Part shown: piece after piece, positions 28,802 to 37,574 of the stretch
How positions within the stretch are numbered: the first letter of the stretch is position 1
Layout: each line of letters starts with the position of its first letter
Assembly (NCBI GenBank): GCA_043827405.1
Contig: JBDRPD010000033.1
Coordinates: forward strand, 1-50,912
DNA from: Elusimicrobiota bacterium
GTDB lineage: Bacteria > Elusimicrobiota > Elusimicrobia > UBA1565
Reading direction: 5' to 3'
DNA length: 50,912 bases
The notes under the pieces: model-generated
Database searches by the model: none
What the model saw: the letters and a program-made list of their open reading frames with translations, nothing else
Told to the model about the DNA's origin: nothing
Program-made: the position numbers and the translations under genes

Positions 28802-29466
28802 GCGTGGAGAGCCGCCGGCGGGATATCCGGATCCTGGAAACCGCCGGAGCGGCGGCCGCCTTCGCGGCCGCCTTCGTGGCCAACTACTACGCCGGACGCT
28901 ACGTGGACCGGGTGGCGGGCCGGCTTCCGGCTCTCGAGGGGGATTTGCTGCTGCAGGTGCTCCCCCGGGTCGACCTCACGGTGCTGTTCGTCTGGGGTTT
29001 CGCGGCCTTCCTCGCCTTCGCCGGCGCGGCGGCCTATCTTTATGAGCGGGACCGCATCTTCTATATCGCCTGGATGTACGCGATACTGATCGCGATCCGC
29101 GCCTTTTTCCTGATCCTTACGCCGATGGGTGCGCCGGCGGGCGCCTTCCCGGTCGAAGGCTCCGCGCTGTTCGATATGATCGGCAACTACATGACGTTCA
29201 AAAACGATCTCTTCTTCTCGGCCCATACGTCGATGCCGTTTCTGGGCTATCTCATCTACCGCGCCCGGTGGGTGCGCGGCGTCTTTCTCGGCCTTTCGTT
29301 TGCCTTGGCGTCCTGCGTGCTGCTCAGCCGCCTGCATTATTCCATCGACGTGGCGGGCGCCTTTTTCATAACCTCAGGCGTGGCGTGGACGCACCGGGCG
29401 CTGATTGAGCCCATCTACCGTTCGTGGAAGAAGAACTACGTCGCGGGCCGGCGGGGGAAACCATGA
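28798..29466 (+). CDS. PAP2-superfamily membrane enzyme, sphingomyelin synthase-like
   Basis: About six TM helices; IRAFFLILTP, DLFFSAHT and RLHYSIDV match the SMS D3 (FSGHT) and D4 (HYxxDV) motifs. Confidence 0.8.
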   Translation: MSVESRRRDIRILETAGAAAAFAAAFVANYYAGRYVDRVAGRLPALEGDLLLQVLPRVDLTVLFVWGFAAFLAFAGAAAYLYERDRIFYIAWMYAILIAIRAFFLILTPMGAPAGAFPVEGSALFDMIGNYMTFKNDLFFSAHTSMPFLGYLIYRARWVRGVFLGLSFALASCVLLSRLHYSIDVAGAFFITSGVAWTHRALIEPIYRSWKKNYVAGRRGKP

Positions 29467-30266
29467 GAGAGCTGCAAGACAAGGTCGCGGTCATTACGGG
29501 CGGCGCCGGCGGTATCGGCCGCGCGGTCGGGCTGCGCCTGGCGCGGCGCGGGGTCCGCGTCGCGCTCTGGGATCTGGACGCCAAACGTCTCAAGCACGCG
29601 CAGGAGGAATTCGCCAGCCGGGACCTCGCGGTGCGCACCTATAAGGTCGACGTCACGGACTGCGCCGCGGTACAGCGGGCCGCGGCCAAGGTGCGGGCGG
29701 ATCTCGGCGAGGTGGATATCCTCAACAACAATGCCGGTATTGTATTCTCCGGCGATTTTCTTGCGGCCACCGAGGAGCAGCTGAGCAAAACGGTGGACGT
29801 CAACCTGAAATCATATTTATGGTGCACCCGGGCTTTTCTGCCGGGCATGCTCGAGCGCGGTTCGGGGCATCTGATCTTCATCGCCTCGGCGGCGGGGCTG
29901 CTCGGCGTGCCGGGGATGGCCGTTTACAGCGCGACCAAGCATGCGGTGGTGGGCTTCGCCGAATCCCTGCGCCTGGAGCTGCGCAAGGCCGGGGCGACGA
30001 ACGTGCGCACGACGATCGTCTGCCCGAGCTTCATCGCCAGCGGGATGTTCAAGGGCGTGAAGCCGCCGCTGTTTACCAATTGGCTGAGCCCGGACGCTAT
30101 CGCCGACAAGATCGTCGCCGCCGTCGGGAAAGACCAGCTCTACGTGCGTGAACCGCTGCTCATTAAGTTCGTGCCGCTGCTCAAAGCGCTGGGCGCGGGC
30201 ATCACGGATTGGGCCGGCGATCTGACCGGGATGCACAGCTCCATGGAGGAGTTCAAGAAACAGTGA
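29463..30266 (+). CDS. Short-chain dehydrogenase/reductase (retinol DH/17beta-HSD11-like)
   Basis: VITGGAGGIG, VDVTD, NNAGI, AFLPGM, YSATKHA, ESLRLEL, VCPSFI. Confidence 0.92.
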   Translation: MRELQDKVAVITGGAGGIGRAVGLRLARRGVRVALWDLDAKRLKHAQEEFASRDLAVRTYKVDVTDCAAVQRAAAKVRADLGEVDILNNNAGIVFSGDFLAATEEQLSKTVDVNLKSYLWCTRAFLPGMLERGSGHLIFIASAAGLLGVPGMAVYSATKHAVVGFAESLRLELRKAGATNVRTTIVCPSFIASGMFKGVKPPLFTNWLSPDAIADKIVAAVGKDQLYVREPLLIKFVPLLKALGAGITDWAGDLTGMHSSMEEFKKQ

Positions 30267-31621
30267 GCGGCGGCGGCAAGATCCATTTCGTCGGCATCGG
30301 CGGCTGCGGGATGAGCGCGCTGGCGCAGTTTCGCGCGCTCGGGGGCGACGCGGTGACCGGTTCGGACCGCGACTTCGACCGCGGCGGGCAGGCTGATTTG
30401 AAGCGCGCGCTCCAGGACCTGGGCGTCGTTCTTTTTCCGCAGGACGGAAGCGGCGTCGACGCGGGAACGGCCAAGCTTGTGGTTTCGGGCGCTATTGAGG
30501 CGGACAATCCCGAGCTGGTCCGTGCCCGCGCCCATGGGGTTCCGGTCGAGCATCGCGCCGACGCCCTGGCCGGTCAGGTTTCGGGAAACAGCACCTTGGC
30601 GGTCGCGGGCACCAGCGGTAAATCCACGGTTACCGCCATGATCTTTGAGATTCTCGTCGCGGCTCAACGCAGCCCGTCGCTGATTACCGGGGCGCCGCTG
30701 ATCACGCTCAGCCGCAAGGGCCTGGTGGGCAACGCTTTTCGCGGCCAGTCCAACCTCCTGGTCATTGAGGCGGACGAGAGCGATGGGACGCTCCCCCGCT
30801 ACCACCCCTGGATCGGCGTGCTGCTTAATATCGGCAAGGACCACAAGGAGATCGCCGAGCTGGCGGAGCTGTTTTCCCTTTTCCGGTCCCAGTCCGAGCG
30901 CTGCGTGGTAAACGCCGATGACGCGGGGCTGGCGCGGCAGGCCGCGGGGGCTCTCACCTTCGGCTTCACCGGAGGCGACCTGCGCGGCGAGCACCTTGAC
31001 GTGATGCCGGACGGGAGCTGGTTTGTGGCCGGCGGAGTGGAGTTTAATGTTCCGCTTCCGGGCCGGCATAACGCCGAGAACGCGCTCGCGGCCGCGGCCG
31101 CGGCCCAGGCCGCGGGCGCATCTCTCAATGCGGCGGCGGCGGCGCTCTCCGTCTACAAGGGTGTGGCGCGCCGCTTCCAGTACGTCGGGAGCGCGCGCGG
31201 AATCGAGGTGTACGACGATTACGCGCATAACCCGGACAAGGTCCGCGCCATGCTGGCGGCCGCGCACCTGCGCGCCGAGCGCGTGCTCGCGGTGTTTCAG
31301 CCGCACGGCTTCGGCCCCACGCGCTTTCTGCGCGACGAATTCATCGAGTCGTTCGTCGCGGCGCTGGGCCCCCGGGACGTTTTGTGGATGCCCGAGATCT
31401 ATTACGCGGGCGGCACCGCGGTCAAGGACATCTCGGCGGAGGATTTGACGCGGCCGGTTCAGGAGCGGGGCCGGGATGCCCGTTTCGTCGCGGATCGCGC
31501 GGCTATCCCCGCCGCCATCGCCCGGGAGGCGCGCGCGGGGGACCTCGTGCTCGTTCTGGGCGCGCGCGACCCATCATTGAGCGGGTTCGCCGGCGAGGTC
31601 CTGGAGGCGCTTAAACCATGA
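30263..31621 (+). CDS. murC: UDP-N-acetylmuramate--L-alanine ligase MurC/Mpl-like Mur ligase
   Basis: IHFVGIGGCGMSALA, GTSGKST, EADESDG, GRHNAEN, DDYAHNP, VFQPH; GTG overlaps the SDR stop. Confidence 0.8.
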   Translation: MSGGGKIHFVGIGGCGMSALAQFRALGGDAVTGSDRDFDRGGQADLKRALQDLGVVLFPQDGSGVDAGTAKLVVSGAIEADNPELVRARAHGVPVEHRADALAGQVSGNSTLAVAGTSGKSTVTAMIFEILVAAQRSPSLITGAPLITLSRKGLVGNAFRGQSNLLVIEADESDGTLPRYHPWIGVLLNIGKDHKEIAELAELFSLFRSQSERCVVNADDAGLARQAAGALTFGFTGGDLRGEHLDVMPDGSWFVAGGVEFNVPLPGRHNAENALAAAAAAQAAGASLNAAAAALSVYKGVARRFQYVGSARGIEVYDDYAHNPDKVRAMLAAAHLRAERVLAVFQPHGFGPTRFLRDEFIESFVAALGPRDVLWMPEIYYAGGTAVKDISAEDLTRPVQERGRDARFVADRAAIPAAIAREARAGDLVLVLGARDPSLSGFAGEVLEALKP

Positions 31622-32997
31622 TCGCCGCCGAGCCCCGGATCAGGCCGCCGCTCGATCACGAGTTCCAGCCCGTGCGCTCGCAGCGCAAGGAGCTCCGGGA
31701 GGTGCTTGATTGCGCGTCCTACGAAGAGCGGCGCGCGGAAGGGACGCTGATCACCATGGCCGTCCTGCGGGGAGGGGCCAAAGTCCACTGGCGAGAGTTT
31801 CGCATCCTGCCGCATGCGGGGGAAGCGAAGGCGCATAATGAATGGGCGGTTGAGCGCTGGGCGAAGCTGCTGCAATGGAAGGTCGGCGGCGACGTCGTGA
31901 CGCTCTCCGGGTGCCGGGAGCTGGCGGACTTCCTCGACGCCCTGTATGCTCCCGGCGGCAAGCGCGCTTTCGACCGCGAGTTCTTCCGCCGGATTTATAA
32001 AGGCACGGCGGCGGCGGGCGCGGCGCCTTTAGGCGGTCACTGGAAAGGCTGCCGTGTAGGTTTTGATCTGGGCGCGACGGATCGCAAGTGCGCCGCGGTA
32101 AAAGACGGCGAGGTTGTGCACACCGAAGAGGTCGCCTGGAATCCGGGGTCGTTTACGGACCCGCGGCGCCATATTGAGGAAATCCAGGATTCGATCCGCC
32201 GCGCCGCCAGGAAGCTGCCGCGGGTGGATGCGATCGGCGGCTGCGCCGCCGGCATCATCGTCGGCGGCGAAATCCGGCGCTCGAGCCTGTTTCGCGGCAT
32301 CCCGGAGGACGGCTATGAAGCGCTGGTGCGGCCGGTTTTGCGCGAGGTCCGGCGGCCGTGGAAGGACGCGCCCTTTGCGGTTCTCAACGACGGGGCCGTA
32401 ACGGCGCTGGCGGGCGCGCGGGCGTTGGGGCGCGATTGCGTTCTGGGGCTCGCCATGGGCTCAAGCCTGGCGGCCGGCTACGTGCATAAGGGCGGCTGCC
32501 TGCCGGACACGATCGATGAGCTGGCCTTCGTGCCGATCGATGACAGCGCCGATGCTCCCCGGGATCCTTGGTCGGGCGAACGCGGCTGCGCGGCGCAGTA
32601 TCTCTCCCAGCAGGGGGTCGTGCGTCTGGCCAGGGCGGCGGGCTTCGGCGACCAAGCCAACAACGCCCCGGCGGAGGTTTTGCGGTTTGTCCAGCAGCGC
32701 ATGGGCGCCGGCGATTCCGCCGCGTTCTCGATTTACGAGAGCATCGGCGTTTACCTCGGCTATGCGCTGCTGCAGTACTTGTTCTTCTATGCCTTTACCG
32801 ATGTCCTGCTTCTGGGCCGGGTGATGTCGGGTCCGGGCGGAGCGGTGATCATCTCAGCGGCACGCGAGGTTTTAGATATCGAACTGCCGGGGCTCGGGGA
32901 GAAAATCGCTCTGGGTACGCTCGACGAGCGGGATAAGCGGCACGGCCAGGCGGTAGCGGCGGCGAGCCTGCCGCCGGGAGGCGGGAATGGAGGATAA
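31618..32997 (+). CDS. ROK family protein (sugar kinase-like) with N-terminal extension
   Basis: GFDLGATDRK, LNDGAVTALAG, GLAMGSSLAAGYV, ELAFVPID. Confidence 0.8.
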   Translation: MIAAEPRIRPPLDHEFQPVRSQRKELREVLDCASYEERRAEGTLITMAVLRGGAKVHWREFRILPHAGEAKAHNEWAVERWAKLLQWKVGGDVVTLSGCRELADFLDALYAPGGKRAFDREFFRRIYKGTAAAGAAPLGGHWKGCRVGFDLGATDRKCAAVKDGEVVHTEEVAWNPGSFTDPRRHIEEIQDSIRRAARKLPRVDAIGGCAAGIIVGGEIRRSSLFRGIPEDGYEALVRPVLREVRRPWKDAPFAVLNDGAVTALAGARALGRDCVLGLAMGSSLAAGYVHKGGCLPDTIDELAFVPIDDSADAPRDPWSGERGCAAQYLSQQGVVRLARAAGFGDQANNAPAEVLRFVQQRMGAGDSAAFSIYESIGVYLGYALLQYLFFYAFTDVLLLGRVMSGPGGAVIISAAREVLDIELPGLGEKIALGTLDERDKRHGQAVAAASLPPGGGNGG

Positions 32998-34048
32998 GGC
33001 GCGGGCAGCGGCGCGGCATTTTGCGCTGGACGGCGAGGCGCGCAGCGTCGAGCCGTACGGGAGCGGCAATATCCACGATACGTTCCGGGTCTCCTGCGGG
33101 CGGCGCTATATCCTGCAGCGGCTCAGCCTGGGCATGGTGGCCGATCCCCGGCCCTATATCGAGAACTCGCGTAAGGTTATGGCGCATCTGCGGGCGAAGG
33201 TGGATGAGCCCCGCCGCCGCCTGACGGCGGTCGACGCGGCGGACGGGAGAGGCTATTGGCAGGACGAGGACGGGGCGTTCTGGCGCGCCTTTGACTTTAT
33301 CGAGGATACGGTGAGCCGCGACGTGATCGATACGCCGGAGCAGGCCGGCGAAGCGGCCAAGGCTTTCGGCTTTTTCTCCAACTGCATGAAAGACCTGCCG
33401 CCGCGGGATTTCGCCGCGCCGCTGCCGCACTTCCATGATACGCCGAAGCGCTTCTTGATGTTTGAGCGAGCATTGGCCAATGACGAGAAGAACCGCGCGG
33501 CGGATGCGAAGTCCGAAGTGGAGTTCGCGCTGGCGCGCAAGGACCTAAGCGGGGTCCTCGTCGCCTTTCAGGAACGCGGTGATATCCCGGAACGGATCGT
33601 CCACAACGACACCAAGGTCAATAACGTCCTCTTCGACGCCGCCAGCGGAGAAGGGATGTGCGTAGTGGACCTCGACACGGTCATGCCCGGGCTGGTGCTC
33701 TACGACTTCGGCGACCTGGTGCGCTCCGCGGTCAGCGATACCGCCGAAGATGAGCGCGACCTGTCGCGCGTCGGGGTACGGATGCCGGTCTACGCAGCGC
33801 TGGCGCGGGGCTTTCTCGAGGCCAAGGGCGGGATCAGCCGCTTGGAGCAGGACTATATGGCGTTCTCGGCCAAGCTTATCGCCCTCGAGCTCGGCATGCG
33901 TTTCCTCACCGATTACCTCAACGGCGACGTCTACTTCAAGACCGTGCGGCCGGAGCAGAACCTGGACCGCTGCCGCGCACAGTTCGCGCTGGCGCGCGAC
34001 ATCGAGCGCAAAGAAGAGGCGATGAGCCGGATCGTGGAGGGGATGTAG
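32987..34048 (+). CDS. Aminoglycoside phosphotransferase-fold kinase (N-acetylhexosamine 1-kinase/MdsC-like)
   Basis: GSGNIHDTF, FHDTPKR, HNDTKVNN, VDLDTVMPG, DFGD, RFLTDYLNGDVYF. Confidence 0.85.
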   Translation: MEDKARAAARHFALDGEARSVEPYGSGNIHDTFRVSCGRRYILQRLSLGMVADPRPYIENSRKVMAHLRAKVDEPRRRLTAVDAADGRGYWQDEDGAFWRAFDFIEDTVSRDVIDTPEQAGEAAKAFGFFSNCMKDLPPRDFAAPLPHFHDTPKRFLMFERALANDEKNRAADAKSEVEFALARKDLSGVLVAFQERGDIPERIVHNDTKVNNVLFDAASGEGMCVVDLDTVMPGLVLYDFGDLVRSAVSDTAEDERDLSRVGVRMPVYAALARGFLEAKGGISRLEQDYMAFSAKLIALELGMRFLTDYLNGDVYFKTVRPEQNLDRCRAQFALARDIERKEEAMSRIVEGM

Positions 34049-34052
34049 GGGC

Positions 34053-35516
34053 CTAGCCCCACTTGCCGGGGTTCATAATTCCTTGCGGATCGAGGCGCGC
34101 CTTGCGTTCCCGCCAGTCCTCGATCCACTCGCTGCTCTTGATGTCGTTGAGCCAGGGCTTCTTGGCCAGGCCGATGCCGTGGTGGTGGTCGGGACGGCCG
34201 CCCGCATCGATGCAGGCTTCGATCATCGCCCGCCAGCAGCCCGCGTAGTGGCGCAAGGTTCCCGTGTCGCTCATGCCGGCTCCCGAGAGCGTGAAGTACA
34301 GGCAGGCCCCCCCCTGATGAAGGTGCGAGGCATGCGCCATGGCGAGGCCGTGCGCCGATGCGGCGCGGATCATGTCGGAGTAGACCGTCTCGATCTTCGC
34401 CCACGGCGCGACCACGTCGAGGGTGTCGGCGAAGCAGCCGAGCTTGCGGTAGTTCTCGACCTTCTCGAAGTTGAGGCGGTAGCGGTGGCGCCACCAGCTG
34501 CGGGCCGGCTTCTCGCCGAGGTTCGCGGCGTCGTAGTGCTTTACGATGTCCGCGGCGCGCGCGAGCTGGGAGCGCGCGGCCGCGCCTTCGGTGATCAGTA
34601 CCAGAAGCGGCTTGAGCATCCCGCGTACTCCCGGCAGGTCGGCGAGGCGGCGCAGGCTGCCGCGCAGGAGCAGCAGCCTGGATTTGATGCGGTCGCCTTC
34701 GCCGCCGGCGTCCGAGACCTGTTCCTTCTCCGGTCCTAAAAACCGCCGGTCGAGGCCGTCGTAAAGGCGCGCCACCGCCGGCCGCAGGCCGGCTTCGGTC
34801 ACGGCGCGCAAAGCGCGCAGGCCGGCGGCCATATCCGGAAACTCATAGGCGGCGTAGGCGTGCTCGCGCTCATCGCGCATGGCGCGAAAGGTCACGCGGG
34901 TCATGACGCCGAGCGATCCCTCGCTGCCGATCCAGGCCGCGGGATCGGCGCTGCGCAGAATCTGCCCGTCGGGCAAAACGCAGTCCACCGCGGTTACCCG
35001 GTCGCGGAAAGGGCCATGGGCCGTTGAGCACTGCCCCCAGCCGTCGGTCGCGACCCAGCCGCCCAGGGTGGAGACGGCCATGGACGCGGGAAAGTGCGCG
35101 CAGGAAAGGCCGCGGGCGTTGAGGCTGCGCTCAAGCGCGTCGCCGTAAATGCCGGCGCCGGCGCTGATCAGCTCCGGCTCACCGTCGGCGGTCAGCGGCT
35201 TGTCGTCAAGCCGGGTGAGATCCAGCACGATCGCGCCTTCCGTCGCGGGTACCGCCGCGCCGAGGACTCCGGAGCCGCCGCCGCGCGGGACGACCGGAAC
35301 CGATCGTTTATGGCACCAGCGCAGCAGCGCGGCCGTCTCCTGCGCGGAGCGCGGCAGGGCGACGGCGGCGGGGGTATGCGTGCGGGCTTCCTCAGCGGTC
35401 CACCACAGGGCGCGCGGCCAGGAATCCCGGCGGTATTCTTCCCGCGTGTGCCGGTCGCGCAGCAGCCGGTCGGCGGGCAGGGCGTCCTCGATGCCGCTGA
35501 GCGCGTCTTCAGTCAT
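34053..35516 (-). CDS. FAD-binding oxidoreductase, alkyl-dihydroxyacetonephosphate synthase-like
   Basis: VVPRGGGSGV, HFPAS, STLGGWVAT, GSEGSLGV, ARLYD, GACLYF, HHHGIG, LDPQGIMNPGK. Confidence 0.85.
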   Translation of the reverse strand: MTEDALSGIEDALPADRLLRDRHTREEYRRDSWPRALWWTAEEARTHTPAAVALPRSAQETAALLRWCHKRSVPVVPRGGGSGVLGAAVPATEGAIVLDLTRLDDKPLTADGEPELISAGAGIYGDALERSLNARGLSCAHFPASMAVSTLGGWVATDGWGQCSTAHGPFRDRVTAVDCVLPDGQILRSADPAAWIGSEGSLGVMTRVTFRAMRDEREHAYAAYEFPDMAAGLRALRAVTEAGLRPAVARLYDGLDRRFLGPEKEQVSDAGGEGDRIKSRLLLLRGSLRRLADLPGVRGMLKPLLVLITEGAAARSQLARAADIVKHYDAANLGEKPARSWWRHRYRLNFEKVENYRKLGCFADTLDVVAPWAKIETVYSDMIRAASAHGLAMAHASHLHQGGACLYFTLSGAGMSDTGTLRHYAGCWRAMIEACIDAGGRPDHHHGIGLAKKPWLNDIKSSEWIEDWRERKARLDPQGIMNPGKWG

Positions 35517-36783
35517 AGGTCGTCTCGAAATCCTCGAGCGTCGACTCCGCGCCGCGCTTCGCGAGCCCGCGCATCTGGTGGCGCAGATAGGCGGCGCCGA
35601 GCCCGAGGCCGGCGGCGGCGATGCTCAGGAGCTTGCGGCGCTGGCGTTCGGGGGCGGCGGCCTTGCTCTCCCCGAGCTTGTACATGAGCAGGCGGCGGGC
35701 GGCGTCGGCCATGGACGGGAAGGCCGTCATCTTGCCGCCGGTGACCGTAACCAGGCCCTGCACGCCGTCGCGGAGCTCGTGGTCGATCACTTCGAAGTCG
35801 CGCGAGAGCAGGAACTCCGGCCCGCTTTGTCCCAGGATCGGCCGTACGCCGGTGCGGGGGGCGAGTCCCTGCGCGGGCAGCGCGGGGAAAATCCGCCGCA
35901 TGGAGGCGTCGAGGTATTCCACATCCGCCTCTTCGGCGCCGGCGGCGCCGGGGTCGTCGTCGAACGGAGTGTCCGTCGGGCCGAGCAAGGTGACGTCGCC
36001 GCTCGGGATAAAGAAGATGTGGCGCTTGCGGTCGACGGCTTCGGCGAGGATCGCGCAGCGGGTCAGGCGCCCCGGGTAGACGAGATGGACGCCTTTCTGC
36101 AGGCGCATGGGAATCTCCAGCCCCGCGAGCGCCGCCACGCGGTTGGTCCAGGGTCCGGAAGCGTTGATCACCCAGCGGCTGCGCAGGGTCGTGCCGTCGG
36201 CGAGCTGTACGCCGCCGATCCGGCCCGACTCCTGCACGAAGCCGATGACCTCGCGGCCGGTAAGTATTTCGCCGTCGCCGCCGGTCGCGGCCGCCGCCAC
36301 GGCGGCGGTCAGCCGGCGGGGATCGACCAGCCATTCGTCGAAGCAGAGCGCCCCGCGCAGGCCGCGGGCCTTGAGCCCGGGCTCGATGCGCAGCGTCTCC
36401 TCGGCGTTGAAGCGCATATGCGGCCGCGCCCCCTTGTCCTTGCTGAATCCGTCGTAAACTTCGAGCAGGGACTCGACGGTTTCCAGTCCGTGCTTGTCGC
36501 CCTCGTAGATGGGCCACAAGAAGGGCAGCCGGGTCAGGAGCTGCGGGAACTCATCGCGGATGCGTCCCGCGTCGCGGCAGCACTCCGCCGTCATATTGGG
36601 ATCGTACGCGAGATAGCGCAGGCCGCCGTGGATCAGCCAGGAGGAGTTGAAGGTGGTCTCGCTGCCCAGCTGCTTGTTGGCTTCCACCAAGGTGGTACGC
36701 AGCCCGGCGCGCCGCAGCTCGCGGTAGATGCCGGCGCCGGTGATGCCGCCGCCGATAATGACGGCGTGCAGCTCAGGGCGCAT
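35509..36783 (-). CDS. glpD: FAD-dependent glycerol-3-phosphate dehydrogenase-like protein (short form)
   Basis: IIGGGITGAG, LIHGGLRYL, INASGPW, KGVHLV, LGPTD, GVRP, GGKMT. Confidence 0.8.
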   Translation of the reverse strand: MRPELHAVIIGGGITGAGIYRELRRAGLRTTLVEANKQLGSETTFNSSWLIHGGLRYLAYDPNMTAECCRDAGRIRDEFPQLLTRLPFLWPIYEGDKHGLETVESLLEVYDGFSKDKGARPHMRFNAEETLRIEPGLKARGLRGALCFDEWLVDPRRLTAAVAAAATGGDGEILTGREVIGFVQESGRIGGVQLADGTTLRSRWVINASGPWTNRVAALAGLEIPMRLQKGVHLVYPGRLTRCAILAEAVDRKRHIFFIPSGDVTLLGPTDTPFDDDPGAAGAEEADVEYLDASMRRIFPALPAQGLAPRTGVRPILGQSGPEFLLSRDFEVIDHELRDGVQGLVTVTGGKMTAFPSMADAARRLLMYKLGESKAAAPERQRRKLLSIAAAGLGLGAAYLRHQMRGLAKRGAESTLEDFETTYD

Positions 36784-37534
36784 CGAGCGTCTCCCGCGTC
36801 ATGGGCACGTCGTCGGTCCAGACGCCGGATACTCCCTGGTCGGCGAACCAGCGCACCTCGTCCGGAGTGTTGGCGACGCCGCCGGTGACTTCGATGCCGG
36901 CCGCTTGGGCGCGCCGTACGCTGCCGCGGAAATCCGTCAGGCCGGCGACGAGCCGGAACCACTTCTTGGCGATCCACCATTGGTTCCACCCCGTGCATAC
37001 CGTGGCCGCCCCGGCCAGCCGGGCCAGTTCCAGCAGGCGCACCGGCGTCAGGGGCATCACCGAGAGCCGGACCTCGGGGCAGACCCTCCGGGCGTGGGCG
37101 AGCCGCCGCCGCAGGTGGATGAATGCCAGGATATGGAGGCGGTCCGCCAAGCCCGCATCGACGACCGCGCGCGCGAGCTTTTCGATATCCCGCCGCTGGT
37201 CCAGTGAAATATCAAGAAAGCAGGGCTTGCCCGGATATTCGGCGAGCAGCGCGAAGAGCTCGTTGAGATGCGCGACCGGCTCCTTGCCGAAGACGCGGAT
37301 TTCCTTGAATTGCTTGTAGGGGATGTCGGCGATGCGCTCGGGACGGCCGGCCACGCGCCGCAAGTCGGGATCATGAAACAGCACGAGCTCGCCGTCCTTG
37401 GTTCGGCGGATGTCGCATTCTATGCCGTCGGCGCCGTTGGCGAAGGCCAGCCGGAAAGCCGCGAGCGTGTTCTCCGGGGCATTGAGCAGAGCCCCGCGAT
37501 GCGCGAAGATTCTGGGACGGGAGTTGACGCTCAC
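36773..37534 (-). CDS. Glycerophosphodiester phosphodiesterase
   Basis: FAHRG, PENT, GIECDIRRTKDG, FHD, GVWTD; the GTG start is approximate. Confidence 0.88.
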   Translation of the reverse strand: MSVNSRPRIFAHRGALLNAPENTLAAFRLAFANGADGIECDIRRTKDGELVLFHDPDLRRVAGRPERIADIPYKQFKEIRVFGKEPVAHLNELFALLAEYPGKPCFLDISLDQRRDIEKLARAVVDAGLADRLHILAFIHLRRRLAHARRVCPEVRLSVMPLTPVRLLELARLAGAATVCTGWNQWWIAKKWFRLVAGLTDFRGSVRRAQAAGIEVTGGVANTPDEVRWFADQGVSGVWTDDVPMTRETLDAP

Positions 37535-37574
37535 GGAGTCATCAGTATGCAATATTTCATACACTGGGACGCTT

